Of a DNA stretch of 64,000 nt, positions 1-24,427 are shown one piece after another. Origin of the DNA: Lytechinus pictus (lineage: Eukaryota). Under the pieces are notes generated by a model. That model was not told where the DNA came from. It ran no database searches and saw only the letters and a program-made list of their open reading frames with translations. The stretch covers positions 42,038,001 through 42,102,000 of the forward strand of contig NC_087245.1 of NCBI RefSeq assembly GCF_037042905.1. Direction: 5' to 3'. Every line of letters begins with the position of its first letter. Position 1 is the first letter of the stretch. Both the position numbers and the translations under genes were made by a program.

Positions 1-34
1 GAACCCTGTTCAAAGGGATTTTGTATGTCTTACT

Positions 35-308
35 CACTGGCGGATCCAGGGGGGGGGGGGCAGAGCCGACCCGTGCCCCTCCCCCTTTGAGAGGCAAAGT
101 TAAAATTTGTAATGTAAAAATGCCGTTAAAACAGAAGTTTGCCCCCCCCCCCCCCCTTGAAAGTGAAGACCTTTTTTTTTTGCTTTTTCGTGGACGAAAT
201 GTCATTATTTTTGGTTGAAAACCTGTTTTGATTTGTTCTTGCTTGTCAAATTTTCCTCTGGGAAAATGTGCCCCCCCCCCCTTTGAAAAAAACCTGGATC
301 CGCCCCTG
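35..308. mobile_element. Non-autonomous hAT-like MITE
   Basis: TIRs CACTGGCGGATCCAGG / CCTGGATCCGCCCCTG with a degenerate 8-bp TSD GTCTTACT / GTCCGACT. A related partial copy lies at about 45699-45860. Confidence 0.75.
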
Positions 309-781
309 GTCCGACTCCTTTATAATTGTTGGGTCTATGTCACTGGTCCGGGATTGTGCACATTCTGTGCACGCTGGACCAGGCCATCTGAAAAAAAGTG
401 AAAAGACCTTACAAGAAAAGAGGCTTAGCTTTGCTTTAAACAATCTGTCACACGAATAGGATTGGGCCACTCAAAACATTCAAAGCAGTCCAGTGACTAC
501 ACACATGATCTGCAACTTTCAGACAATATTTATAACGACCTTAATTCCTTTCAACGAGTTCGTTATTCGACGAGAAAACCAATTAGTAATTGGTGTATGT
601 ACTTCGCAAATTAAGTCAGTTTCCAGATTTTTATGTTTCAAATGCAAATCATCATCAGTTCATATTCATCTCTTTCAGGGAAAAAGACCTACACAGAAAC
701 TGCATGTTGTAAACTGTCAGAACAACAATCGATCATTTAATGCAAACAAGTTCAAATTGTTGTTAACAAAGACTTCGCAAC

Positions 782-2884
782 ATGGTTGATGCAGTGATCG
801 CCAAGAGTCCGTTTAAGATCCACACAATGGAGATGAACGTTGGTGGAGATCCTCTGCGGATTGTTGTCTCTGGTTATCCTGAAATGAAGGGTGACACCCT
901 CCTGGAGAGGTATCGCTTCACCCGGGATCACTTGGATCACATCCGAAGGGCCATCATCCTTGAGCCAAGGGGTCACTACGACATGTGGGGAGCCATTCCC
1001 ATCAAGCCAGACAACCCTGAGGCGCACATTGGAGCGTGCTATCTTAACGCAGAAGGGTACAATTTCATGTGCGGTCACGCCACCATTGGTCTTGCCAGAT
1101 ATACCGTCGACTCTGGCTTGGTCGAAAAGACGTCCCCTGAGACACAGCTGAACATCCAACTGCCTTGCGGTCTACTGAAAGCTTATGTGGAATACAACGA
1201 AGAGACGAAAACAACGGGCAGAACAAGATTCACCAGCGTTCCCGCTTTTTTGTGGGAAAAGGGTAGGACTCTTTATATTATATATCGTTGTTCTACATTT
1301 TCCAACCAAAGGATTACTACAGTATGTACAAGTTGAAGTTTTATTACCCATAAAAATAAGTCACGTTGAGATTGTAATCTTCACGTTTTGCACATGTTTA
1401 TTGCTTTCAAACCGGGCACAATCTTTATATATGAAATATCAATAATATCAAGTATTATGAAGATAACGTAGTGGTGTTCCACAAGGCTCTTTCATGGGAC
1501 CCACCCTTTATCAAACATGAACTATGCCCAAGATTTAAGTTTATGTACGATCAGAATACATGACTGAAGTAAGTAATAATTCATTTATTCAGTGATTGCT
1601 ACTTAAATTCGGAATTTGTTTAAATGACCTTTAACTCTGGTCATATCAAACTTTTATTGTGGATGCTATTAGAAGACTGTCTGTAAAAAATAAAGCTAAT
1701 AGACTTGTCTTTACAATACCAACTACAAGTTTTTGGCTCTTCGAGCATCCGAAAAAAAAAAATCTCTCCTGAATATCCCCGAATCATAACACTTCAAAAT
1801 TTCTTCCGACGAGCCAGAGATGATCTCACTTATTTCATTATTATCAACTAGTTATTATTAAACAGAATCTATTCTTATATTTATTGAAGAAATGGTAAAG
1901 ATAAAGCAAGGTATAGCGTGGATATTTTTGATAAAGTTTTAACCCCGTCATCATCGATTAATACTTTCAATAGATGCCGAGATAGAGGTTCCTGGGTTCG
2001 GAAAGGTCAAAGTAGACGTCAGCTTTGGGGGTGTCTTCTATGTTCTTGTCTCCACCAGTCAGCTTGGATTGGACATTGTTAAGTCGCCTCTTAGAGACCT
2101 CAAGGATGCCGGGATAGCTATCACCAAGGCAACAAATGATGCGATTTCAGTACAGCACCCAGAGAACCCGGATATAAACTGCATCGTCGGGACTATTTTA
2201 ACAGACGGCAACGAAACACCCGATACGGACACCACTTACAACTTGCTGGTTTACGGTGATCAGGGCATGGTAAGCCGTATTTTCCTGGATCCATTCTTCG
2301 TAGCCACCCCCACCTCATCCCTTCCCCTACCTCTACCCATACGATCGCCACAGGCCGACTCTATAATTTTCTAAGATGAACAAAAAGGCATAAAGATCTT
2401 TTTAAAGAAAGGAAATGGAAGAGTATCGAAAAGAGATGTCGATATCCTCGAGCTCTGTACCTATGATTAGGTCGAACATGATAATAAGAAATAATACCCT
2501 GTCCTCACCCTTGGTTATGCATAGACCTTGTGCAATGTTTTGGCTACAGTTTTGTACATAATATGGATGATATATCTAATCTTCTGCTATATATATATCC
2601 CCTCTCATTATCTCACTGATTAGATTGCTCGAGCCCCATGTGGATCCGGGACGGTGTCTCGAGTCGCCATGCAATACCAGAAAGGACTGACTGATCTCAA
2701 TCAACCAAGGTACTACAAGAGCCGCTGGGGATCCTCCTTCATCGCCAAGGCCGTGGAGACAACCAAAGTGGGAGATAGAGATGCCGTCCGAATCGAGGTT
2801 TCTGGAAGAGGCCATTACATTGGACAAAATACGTTCTTCTTTGAAGAGAATGACGAGATGGGCAAAGGTTTCATGGTTGATTGA
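782..2884 (+). CDS. L3HYPDH: Proline racemase family protein (trans-L-3-hydroxyproline dehydratase / L3HYPDH-like), 3 coding exons, 345 aa, Cys/Cys active site
   Basis: Exons 782-1262, 1974-2269 and 2624-2884 join through GT-AG introns (phase 1, phase 0) into a 1038-nt open frame. Family motifs seen: GGDPLR, EPRGHYDMWG, FMCGHATI, VDVSFGGVFY, RAPCGSG, EVSGRGHYIG. The symbol marks the closest human homolog; orthology is not proven. Confidence 0.93.
1470..1511 (+). mobile_element. LINE reverse-transcriptase remnant
   Basis: Translates to SGVPQGSFMGPTL, matching the GVPQGSxLGPxL RT motif. It lies in intron 1 of the racemase-like gene. Confidence 0.55.
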
Positions 2885-2916
2885 AGTCCGTGCACTGAAG
2901 TATTAGGGATTTTTCA

Positions 2917-3184
2917 CAACCACTACATAAACGATTTCTGGAACGTAGATAAGTTATTGTCAAAAGCCCTTCGTGACAAAGCAGCCCTTGTCGAAAATCG
3001 GTGAATGCGGTTTCGTCCTGGACTCTGGACAAACGACTTATTTGCTCGTTTTCGTCAGATTTCTAATCTTAGGATGGTCTGCTATCCCGGTTCACCAATT
3101 TTCGACAATGACCTATAATATGTCCATTGTGATTTAACGGGCATTTTCAATAGATTTTCACTGTTCCAGAAAGCGTAGTGGTTG
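2917..3184. mobile_element. Foldback MITE with CACTAC-like ends in the 3'UTR region of the racemase-like gene
   Basis: Inverted arms CAACCACTAC...TTTCTGGAAC / GTTCCAGAAAGCGTAGTGGTTG and TTGTCGAAAATCGGTGAA / TTCACCAATTTTCGACAA. Homologous to 33115-33384. Confidence 0.65.
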
Positions 3185-3659
3185 CACAAACTTGATATTG
3201 TCTATTTTACATGTATGTACATGTGTCACATACCCAGACTACCGAATGATTTTTTTTTGTGCAATGGTTGCCAATTTAATGAAAGTCACGAACAGATAAT
3301 GTCTTGAGAGATTTGTTATCTTCTCCCAAATGTTAACATTAACATGATCAGTGTGTAGTAGTAATATATGTTATGCTTGGATAATCGGGAGGTATCACTG
3401 ATTTGATGTAAAATTCGAATTGTGTCAAAGTATAGACCTGACTATGATTGAAGTGAATTAATGCAGGGTCTTTAATATAAGAGTTGGAGTCCAATTTGAT
3501 TGCGAAGTACCCTTTTTCTGATATTCAATCAACACGGTGTTTATTAATAAATTCTTATGTTAATCCAATTGAAAATATATATTGCAATGAAATATATTCG
3601 GTGTATTATTTCCAGATATAAAATTAATATGATGTGCATGTAATATTGAATACTACTGA

Positions 3660-3745
3660 TAAAATTTAGGTCATTCATATCCAAACTAAGCAGTGAAGGT
3701 CCTAAAGGAGATCCCTGAATCACATCACTTTTAATATTGGCTTGT
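3660..3745 (-). mobile_element. LINE (CR1/L2-type) reverse-transcriptase remnant
   Basis: Minus-strand translation DVIQGSPLGPSLLSLDMNDL matches the RT motif GVPQGSxLGPxLFxxYxNDL. Confidence 0.6.
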
Positions 3746-3949
3746 ACCGGAAGGAGTGGTAGCATCGGGTCGCGTCGCGTTATCAGGTATCCGCCATCGT
3801 TCGTCCAAAGCCTCCCCCCCCCCCTCCCTCACCCTACCTGTTTTACTGGAAGGTTGCGGTGGGACTTTTTATTTTAAACTCGCCATTCTAATTACTTTCG
3901 CCGAGTTTCTAATTCACATTTTACCTTCAAGCAGCCATTCCAAAGAGCC

Positions 3950-4200
3950 TATCGTCCGGACGGGTTTATCACAAGTTGGTCTACAGCCGATTAGTCTAAT
4001 AGACCACTTCAGTAGGGCTACCAAATGACAATTAGACCAAGTGGTTTTTTAGACTAAGTGAGTATGGACTAAACTATGTTAGACCAACCGTTGTGAAACA
4101 AAGTGGGCAACGGACCAAAATTAATGTGTACGCCACACTAGTATTGTTGGGGTTTAATTTGACGATTATACGAAATGGCAATTAGACCAACTGATAATCG
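3950..4200. repeat. Interspersed repeat built of degenerate TAGACCAA subrepeats
   Basis: Recurrent TTAGACCAA / TTGGTCTA motifs. Similar patches lie at about 7130-7350, 11030-11175 and 37415-37525. Confidence 0.55.
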
Positions 4201-6240
4201 ATTGATTAATGATCAATTTATGCAATTTTAAATCTCCTATGAAAATTGATAAGATTGTAAAGAGAAAAGTATTGCTGTAGGCCTATTAAAAGTGTTTAAG
4301 GATACATTTAACTTGAAGTATAGGGTAGACCTATATTTTTACAAATTATTTCCCACTTCCATATATCGAGATGCCAGGATATAACCCCTTGTTCGTGCCA
4401 GTGTCCCTTAAAAGATATTATAATTGGTTTAATGTAAAATCTATAAACATATTTAAAGGCATTGGAATCATGATAATAATACTCTCGTGATGCAGCGGAT
4501 ATAAACCTTTGCAGTAGTGTCAGGAGTATTAATCATTTGATGATTTGAAAGAAATATATCGTTTATGTCCTGAAAAGTGGGTATGTATCCCCCACCTGCC
4601 CACCGGTTTTACGCCAGTGATGCAAAGTGCTGAATACAACTCACATAGATGATATGCTATAACTGTCATGTTTTGTAGATTTTAAAGAAAATTTCGAAAA
4701 TAGTATATTTTCGACTGTCTCCATGTTTTTTTTTTTTTTTTTTTTGGGGGGGGGGGCAAGATTTATTATTAATTATTAAACTATCATGTTTATATCTGTT
4801 TCTTATAATCATGCAAAAGAACTGTCAACTTGCTTCCTTTTATATGAGAATTTTTTTTATTGTATTGTATTTTCTTATTTGTTTTGTTGATAAATAAAAC
4901 CATCCGTGTTGCAGAACTTAATTTGTACTTTGTGCTATATAATGAGTAGTTCCATGTTAATTTTAATGTTCTCTTGTCATATCAAAGGCCTTTCAAACAT
5001 CTCGCTCCCCTGAAGTTCAGATAAAGTTTATGGGCCTGCAATAACTCGTCAATAGTTCCCTGGGGGATCGATTTAAACTTTTACTTAAAGGGGAGGCTGG
5101 ATAAAGGAACCATCAGGTCTTCACTATATTATTTTCACATCATTCTGAAGCTGGACACATAACGGGGTATTCGTTATTTACACGTTTTTTATTGGGCATG
5201 CACTCCCTGCACCCCCCCCCCCCCCGTGCCTGCTTCAAAGACAATGAATTAGCATAGACAGACAGATTAATATCTCATAATAACGAAAATGATGATTATA
5301 TTACAATAATATATATATATTTTTAATGCTATACCGATCAATATTAATAAGATTCATGCATTTCAACGCCCCCTTGTCATTAAGTTTGTCATCTACGAAT
5401 TCTCCAAAATGTATATTCTGTGACAGATTTGTTCATTGCTAATCAATCGAATTATTTCAGTAACTTTAAAGTGTGAACTGGGCATGGGAGTTGTGATACA
5501 GAGCATTAGTGTATCATGAACACCATGCAAAATGATGCAACTATACAAATAAGTCACAATCATGTGTACTTTGGCCTGATTACTCGCCTGAAAAATATCA
5601 GCTATATATCCTACTGTAACCTTAGTTCAGACGTGGATCCAGGGGTAATCAAAGGGGCAAATCCCCCCCCCCCCACATACACACACACCTCATCCCTAGT
5701 TCTAAACAAGGAAATGTGCATTACACATCCCTGTGTAAAAATGATTTTTTTTTTTCAGCCCATTGGAATTTTTTGGAGGACCTCCAAATGATGAAACAAG
5801 CCAATCTATATAATCCTGTATTTGCCCAAGGTCCAAGGTCTGTCATAATATAACCAGATGGGATTGCATTAGTTGAGAAGATGATTCCTAATTTAGCCCA
5901 CAATGGGAAATCGAAGCTTCCCCTCAGCCTTGGAAGATAAGGTTGGCAATGAAGGGGGGGGGGGCAGGGATGTGCCCCCCCCCCCCCCCCCGAGAAAAAA
6001 AATGCACAGAGAACAATAAGAACATTCCAGTTTTACATAGTGCATAATGCATCTGAATTATCTTAACTATCCACCCCCCCCCCCTCTTCCATGACTATAA
6101 ATATCAAGAGATTGCCACACTTGCTTACAAGGGTAGGCCTATTATATACTTTGACTGCATACTCTCAATATCTACATGTTTGCATCCGCTACTGCCATAT
6201 CTGAAACATACACTAGTTGAAAAGTGGCAAATTTCTTTAA

Positions 6241-6813
6241 AGGACAAGTCCACCCCAGCAAAAATTTGTTTGAAGAAAATGAAGAAAAAAAATCAACTAG
6301 CATAACGCTGAAAATTTCATCCAAATCGTGGGATGTAAAATAAGAAAAATATGACATTTAAAGTTTTGCTTCATTTTACAAAACAGTTATATGCATATCC
6401 TGGTAGGTATGCAAGAGGGAACTGATAAGACATCGCTCACTCACTATTTCTTTTGTATTTCTTTACATGAAATATTGAATAAATTTTCTCCTCATTTTCA
6501 TGTGACATTGACTAAAAACGTGGAAATACCATTGTCTTAACATTTTGTGGTTCAGTCAAGTTGCTCATTATTGATCTGTAAAAATTAAGATATTATATAA
6601 TTCGAACAATTAAAAAACAAAAGAAATAGTGAGGGGTATCATAGACTCTCGTTTGCATACCACAGAATTGTGCAAATAATTGTTTCATGAAAAATAAGCA
6701 GAACTTTAAAAAATTCCTAGCTTCCGAAGTTTACACCCAATTTTTAAATAAAATTTTTAGTTTTTTTCTCTATCCATTCAAACCAAAATTTTCTGGGCGG
6801 GTGGTCTTGACCT
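6241..6813. mobile_element. TTAA-flanked MITE (Kolobok-like), family A
   Basis: TTAA|AGGACAAGTCCACCCC ... GGGTGGTCTTGACCT|TTAC. Homologous to 11259-11872, 18825-19214 and a degenerate copy at about 7575-8150. Confidence 0.75.
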
Positions 6814-6868
6814 TTACATGAGAACTAGCTATTTTCTTGATCTCATGATCTCTGAAATAATTTGGAGC

Positions 6869-7071
6869 GGAGGTGCCGTGGCCGAGTGGTCTAAGGCGCC
6901 AGGCTATACATGAAAAGTCAGGGGTTCAATTCCCGGCCGCGGCACCTATGCCCGTGAGCAAGGCATTTTATCAACAATGCTCTTATCTTGCTTTCAAATA
7001 AATGAAAATGCTATATGCATCATTGGTAACTACGTGTGCACTTGTTTAAAAATAAATAAATAAATAAATAA
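6869..7071 (+). mobile_element. tRNA-derived SINE
   Basis: A box TGGCCGAGTGG and B box GGTTCAATTCC, with an acceptor-like GGTGCCG/CGGCACC pairing, a downstream body and a (TAAA)n tail. Confidence 0.75.
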
Positions 7072-8889
7072 TTTGGATTTGTTTAAATCTTCATGCTAGT
7101 GAGCCAATTTTCCACTTTGAAAATTTTCCAGTTAGGCTACACCCCTTCGTCTAATATCCACTGAGTCTGACACCACTTAGTCCATATGATTAGATAAACC
7201 AATTATGAACCAGAATTTGATAAGATGCAAAGTAATAAGTAGACTAAGTGGACATTAGACCATGCAGAGGATTAGACCAAATGACAGTTAGACCAAAGAT
7301 GGTTGGACCAAATGGTAATAAGTCTAAACTGACTGTAGACGAAGAGGGTTTAGACATGGTAGTTTATGTTTCTGTTCATGGTTACTCCCGTAGAAACTCG
7401 GCAAGACAGCGCTCTGCTGGTAAACGCCAAGCTGGTATATAACTACCTAGGAAACATTTCACGTCTAGTGTTAGATGATCTGAGAATTAGATAAACTGAT
7501 CAGATCGTTGTCAATCCCATATGTGTCATGCATGTAGAACCAAGAAAAGTTTATCAATCACCTTAAAATAATAAAGGGCATGTTCAAACCCAACAAAAAA
7601 TTCATGGAAGAGGATAAGAAATACCACACAAGCATTAACGCTAAAAATTTCATCAAAATCTTATGTAAAATGAGAAAATCATAACGGTTTAAAATTTTTG
7701 CTCATTTTTCATGAAATGGTTATATACAAAATACAGTGATCTGCAAATCAGAGAGTAAATGTCACTCACTCACTATTTCTTTCATAATTTATTGTATAAA
7801 TTACACATTTTTTTGCAGGTTTGACAATAAAGAGTGTCTCCATCGGATCACAATAGGTTACAAAAATGGCAATTCCATGTGTTCTGGGAGGAATCAAACT
7901 TTAAGGAGAAAAGCATAATATTCATATTTTATAAAATACAATAAAAGAAGAAATAGTGAGTCGGTGATGTCATTAATTTCCTCATTTGCATACGACCAGG
8001 GATGTGCACATAACTGTTTTGTGAAATTAAACCTGAAAAACTTTTAAATATAAATGTCTTATTTTACATCCAGTTTTGATAAAATTTTCAGTGATAAGCT
8101 TGTTTGATTTTTCTCTTTTTATTCCAAGCAACTATTGGTGTGGGTGAACTTCACAAAAAAGCAAGCACAGGCGTCTTTCAGAATATGTTGCTTTCTGTGA
8201 CCTTAAACATTGACAAAGATAGCTTACAATCAATAAAAATTCAGAAATGGTCATTACACATACGTGGGACAAAACAAACCAGAGATTAATAATTCATTGA
8301 ATTATATACAGCATTCATTTTATTAATTGCATTCATGATTTGTAAAAAAAAACATTCATCCATACATTATTGATATAAAAATAAACATTTGCATTCATTT
8401 AAAAGATGGTACTCGTCAATCAAGTGAAAGACCTTTTTTTTTTTTAAACCTGCATAGAGCCATTGCATGTTAAAAATGGCATCAATAGATTTCTAAATAT
8501 ATGCATTCCTCTTAAAATACAAACCTCAGTTCTTTAGTTTTATGTTGATGTCTCATTTAGTAACTACAGATTTTCAGTCACAAGACCAGAAGACGATAAA
8601 TTTTCACTCACAAAACACATCTTCATATGACCTCTTATTCTGGGATAAACAAACAGTACTAAGTCTTGGAAACAATGGGTGGCATAATTCTGATAGCCAT
8701 AGTTTACTTAACCCTGGGTTTACTTTATAGACCTCACTTTTATGGAGTGCCAGTAGTCAACCCATTCACCAAGAACAAATTATTGCAATCCTGCAGCAAA
8801 AAAACTTGTCAAAACATGATTGTCTCATGAAATGTGAAGTATAAGAAAATATACAAATACATTGAATTTTATTAATAGTGATAGCTACT

Positions 8890-9228
8890 TTTTATATAGG
8901 CTAGTGCTTTTCTAAGAACGGCTCAAAGCGCTTTATAGCATATCATTACCCCTGTCATTGGATTCATTTTGATCCCGCATGAAAAGCGCACAATTTCCAC
9001 TCCCTGGGGAGCATTCCTTGCATTCATCGCAGCCTCGTCATGGTGCTGGCAAATTCATACAAACAATAACTTTCGCATCCTACCGGGTACCCATTTAGCA
9101 CCTGAGCCGAGAGTGGCAAAGTGTGGATGAACGCCTTGCCAAAGAACGCTAGACCGCGGTGGGATTCGAACACACGACCCTCTGTTTACAAGGCAAGAGT
9201 CAGAACCACTACAACACGGCTCTTCCAC
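8890..9228 (-). mobile_element. tRNA-derived SINE, near full length
   Basis: Minus-strand head with TGTAGTGG and GTTCGAATCC boxes and central core CAGGTG..AAATGGGTACCCGG. The core recurs at about 10765-10965, 18770-19465, 19675-19842, 27195-27490 and 59405-60050; a head-side fragment lies at about 35860-36000. Confidence 0.8.
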
Positions 9229-10280
9229 ACATGACATTGCCATTTGTTATGAATATAGAAGAATTAGTATGAGACCTGGTATTCCATAGAAGTATGGGAT
9301 GAAATCTAGTTCAGACTAGATTTCGACCTCGGCTTATAAAGTATCAGAATACAAATCGTTGAGTATCTGTATTCAACAATTTAATATCAGATGATTCTTT
9401 TGTTACTAAATCATACATTTTAGTTTGGGAGATGAGTAGAACAATCCCGACAGTTTCTCTGACTGTTCAACATTGCATTGGAGGACAATCCTTTCAGGGT
9501 TCCCAGCTTTTCAAGAAAACAAATTTCCCTGATGAAGTCTAAAAATTCCCTGATAATTATTTAAATCCATTCCCAGTTTTGCATGTTTTATAAGTTGTTT
9601 CAGTGAATTACATGTATTTTCAGTATAAAAACAACAATATATTACTAATTAGTACCACCAAAACAAGTCATTCAATGGATGTTGTTTTGATATGCAACAA
9701 AATATAACAGAGTCTGACTGCCTACCATGCCTTCGACTTTTGGGCTGATCAAAATTCCCTGATTTTTCCCTCATTTGAGGCATTTTCACCTGATTTGAGG
9801 TATTTTTTATCAAATTCCCTGATTTTTCACTGACTGGAAAAAAGTAAAATAAGTGCATGGATATCAGTCGAGATCCATCTAATCTTAAACATGTAACCCA
9901 ATTCATATTCTGAACCCTGGTTCAATTTAACCTCTGGTCTAAATTTGTGGATAAACTATGGATAGCCAATTGTTGCACAAATCTACAACAATTCAGGTTA
10001 AAAAATATCAGCTCTTTTGATTCTCAAATTGCTTTGAAAAAAAATATTTTTCTACATCATTCACATTTGAGACATGAGCATTGTAAACATGAGAAGCATA
10101 CAATGTAAACAAAATTTTGAAATGTTTGGCTTACCATAATTTTAGCCCAGAGTTAAACCATGGCTTATGTTAAACCAGATTTCAGAATAAAGGCCATATA
10201 ATAGGACCTACAATACGAGGCCCCCTATCTTAGCTATTCAATCGAAAATGTGTAGGCAATAATATATCATAATCAAGCAT

Positions 10281-10320
10281 ATCCCTGAAGAAGACGTGGT
10301 GTTACGCTGAAAATTCGGAT
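10281..10320 (+). ncRNA. Minimal type I hammerhead ribozyme motif within a Penelope-like pLTR fragment
   Basis: ATCC-CTGAAGA-[AGaCGTGG tg TTACGCT]-GAAA-AT-TC-GGAT gives stem I ATCC/GGAT, core CUGANGA and GAAA, a palindromic AATT stem III and a UH site at 10315-10316. It is followed by AATAAA. An 11-bp direct repeat AATCAAGCATA flanks the insert (10271-10281, 10388-10398). Confidence 0.6.
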
Positions 10321-10638
10321 GGAATAAACTTTTTGTTAGATCTTATAATGCATTATCTTGAAAGGTATACTCTGTACTCTCTATATAAATCAAGCATAGA
10401 TATACATACATTTTGCTACATTAAGTACTGTTTTAAGATTATCGCAAGCTTTAAGAAGTGAATCTACTGTTAAGGGAGGGGGTGATCTATTGTGCACCCC
10501 CCCTCCCAAACAGCATTACATCACATATCAACAACAATGGTTCCTATAAAAATCAATTTGATATTTCTAATAAATCTCACACAAAATTAGAAGATTGTTT
10601 TGCTTAAGTACATGTCATTCCATAGTTGGTGAAAAAGA

Positions 10639-22601
<11,963 letters not shown>

Positions 22602-22869
22602 GATGAACTACATTGAAAAGAGAAATATTTTATCCAAACTTGTAATATATGCCAAGGATGAAGCTAAATCGCATATTTACCCATTCTCTCTAGAACTGAA
22701 AAAAAAACTTGGATTGGATCTATTCACCTCAAATGTATCTGAAGCAATTGGATGGGAGTTTGTTATAGAATAGAATAAAGATTAAAGTTAGGCCCTACCA
22801 GGCCTCCTATTCTTCGGAACATCATACCCCTTCTCTAGATCATTACATCGCCACTTTTGATAATTCTTC

Positions 22870-23215
22870 AACCTGTCATTTTTGCCTTTTGGAATGCAAG
22901 GTCTGTAAACTCTGAATCTTCTTCAATATGTGAATTTGTCATCAGTAACCACATCAACATCCTTGCACACTGGCTATCAAGAAACTTTATATAACTATAG
23001 CTGATATTTTGGGTTGTCTTCAGAACTATGACTTCCATCATACTCCATGCAAAGGTCGATCAGGTGGTGGAGTAGGAGTTTGCATTGAGAAAACTTTCAA
23101 AGTGCACAGTTATGACATGAAACAGAATACATTGTTTGAATATGTTGAGTATTGATCTTCTTATTGGTGTAAAGGGAAGGTCATCTCTTCATCTAGGTTG
23201 TCTATCGACCTCAAA
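22870..23215 (+). mobile_element. L2/CR1-clade LINE endonuclease (APE) remnant
   Basis: Decayed translation FWNARSVNS..ICEFVISNHINILA.WL ... YDFHHTPCKGRSGGGVGVCIEK ... VVYRP. Confidence 0.75.
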
Positions 23216-24427
23216 GAATTGAATGATTTTGTATTTTCTTTTAAATTATATTTTCTGATAAATAATATTCCATCAAATAATATACAATGTATACCTTTAT
23301 TGTAAATTCATGGCGCAATTTAGTTTTTTAAACTACCATGCCTGTATGTATCATTATGTTATTTTTATTAATAAAACCATTTATCTATCTATCTATCTTA
23401 TTTAAAAAACACTTTTACATGTAAATGAGTAAGTGCGATTGCCAGCAAACTTCTCATTTTTCTTTGCCTTATCTGTCTCCTTCAAAAGCGCATAGGGACG
23501 CATTTGGCAGGGATATGCGCTATATAAGCATGTTGGTATTATTTTAATATGTTCATAGTAATAAATCCAATTTGATTTCACGGAACACATGTAACTGCAA
23601 TCACCTGCGCTTTAACTTCCTAACATTAAACATAAGCCGTATGCGGGGTGCCCCCATCCTACGAAAAAGCATGGATCTTGCCCTTTTTCTATCTCTTTTC
23701 TCCTTCTCTCCTCTTCTTCCTTCACCTAACTCTCTGACCTTTTCTTCTTTGTTTTTTTATTATTTCTGTTTGCATATTGTCCCCCTTTCTAATGTCTTGC
23801 TGTCTACTCCTTATGTTTCTTTCTCCATTTCTTTAGCTCTCTTTTTTTCATGATCTTTTTCCTCTTGCTGATCTCCTACTTGACCACATTCATAAATGAG
23901 AATTCCAACTGTATGTCTCACACGTCTACAGTCCCATCCCTTACTTTTTGCTGTATGGCGAAGGGTTGGGGCTTATGACTATGAGTGCATGTATCCAACT
24001 TTTCCACAAAGAGTGCATTAGCCATTGCTAAATACTTTACTAACGTTAGATCATAGATCTACAACACCTATTTAATTTATAGTGGAGTGGGCAACATGGG
24101 CAAATGGAACTACTATCATGGTACTTTACAAATGAAATGCTGATCATCATCAAGGAAAAATATATCAAAACTTCAATTGCACATGGATGATTGATGACTG
24201 ATGAGCTCTTCCGGCTTCCTCGTTGTTGTTGTTGTTCCGGCTTCCTCGAATCGGCACTCTCTTCTTGCGAGGATAGCAAGCGGTGTGGTGGACGAGGGCC
24301 GCGCGGCCGGGGTCCGGTGGCGCCGTGGGCATGAGCGAGATCAGTGGATGTGGAATGAAAGACGATTTACTACCTTGAATTTTGAAATATTAAAACTTTC
24401 ATATTTTACAATGTGATACATACTTAC

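Noticed and set aside
782..2884. Recent bacterial horizontal transfer or contamination as the source of the Cys/Cys racemase
   Set aside because: The gene has two spliceosomal introns, lies among host repeats, and resembles animal L3HYPDH (GSG after the second catalytic residue, VPGFGKVKVDVSFGG).
5950..5995. Poly-G/poly-C tracts as G-quadruplex regulatory elements
   Set aside because: Such tracts occur throughout the window, often within transposon ends, and homopolymer lengths are unreliable.
6871..6947. Possible tRNA gene
   Set aside because: A and B boxes are present but the anticodon arm does not pair well, and the sequence continues into a SINE body and (TAAA)n tail.
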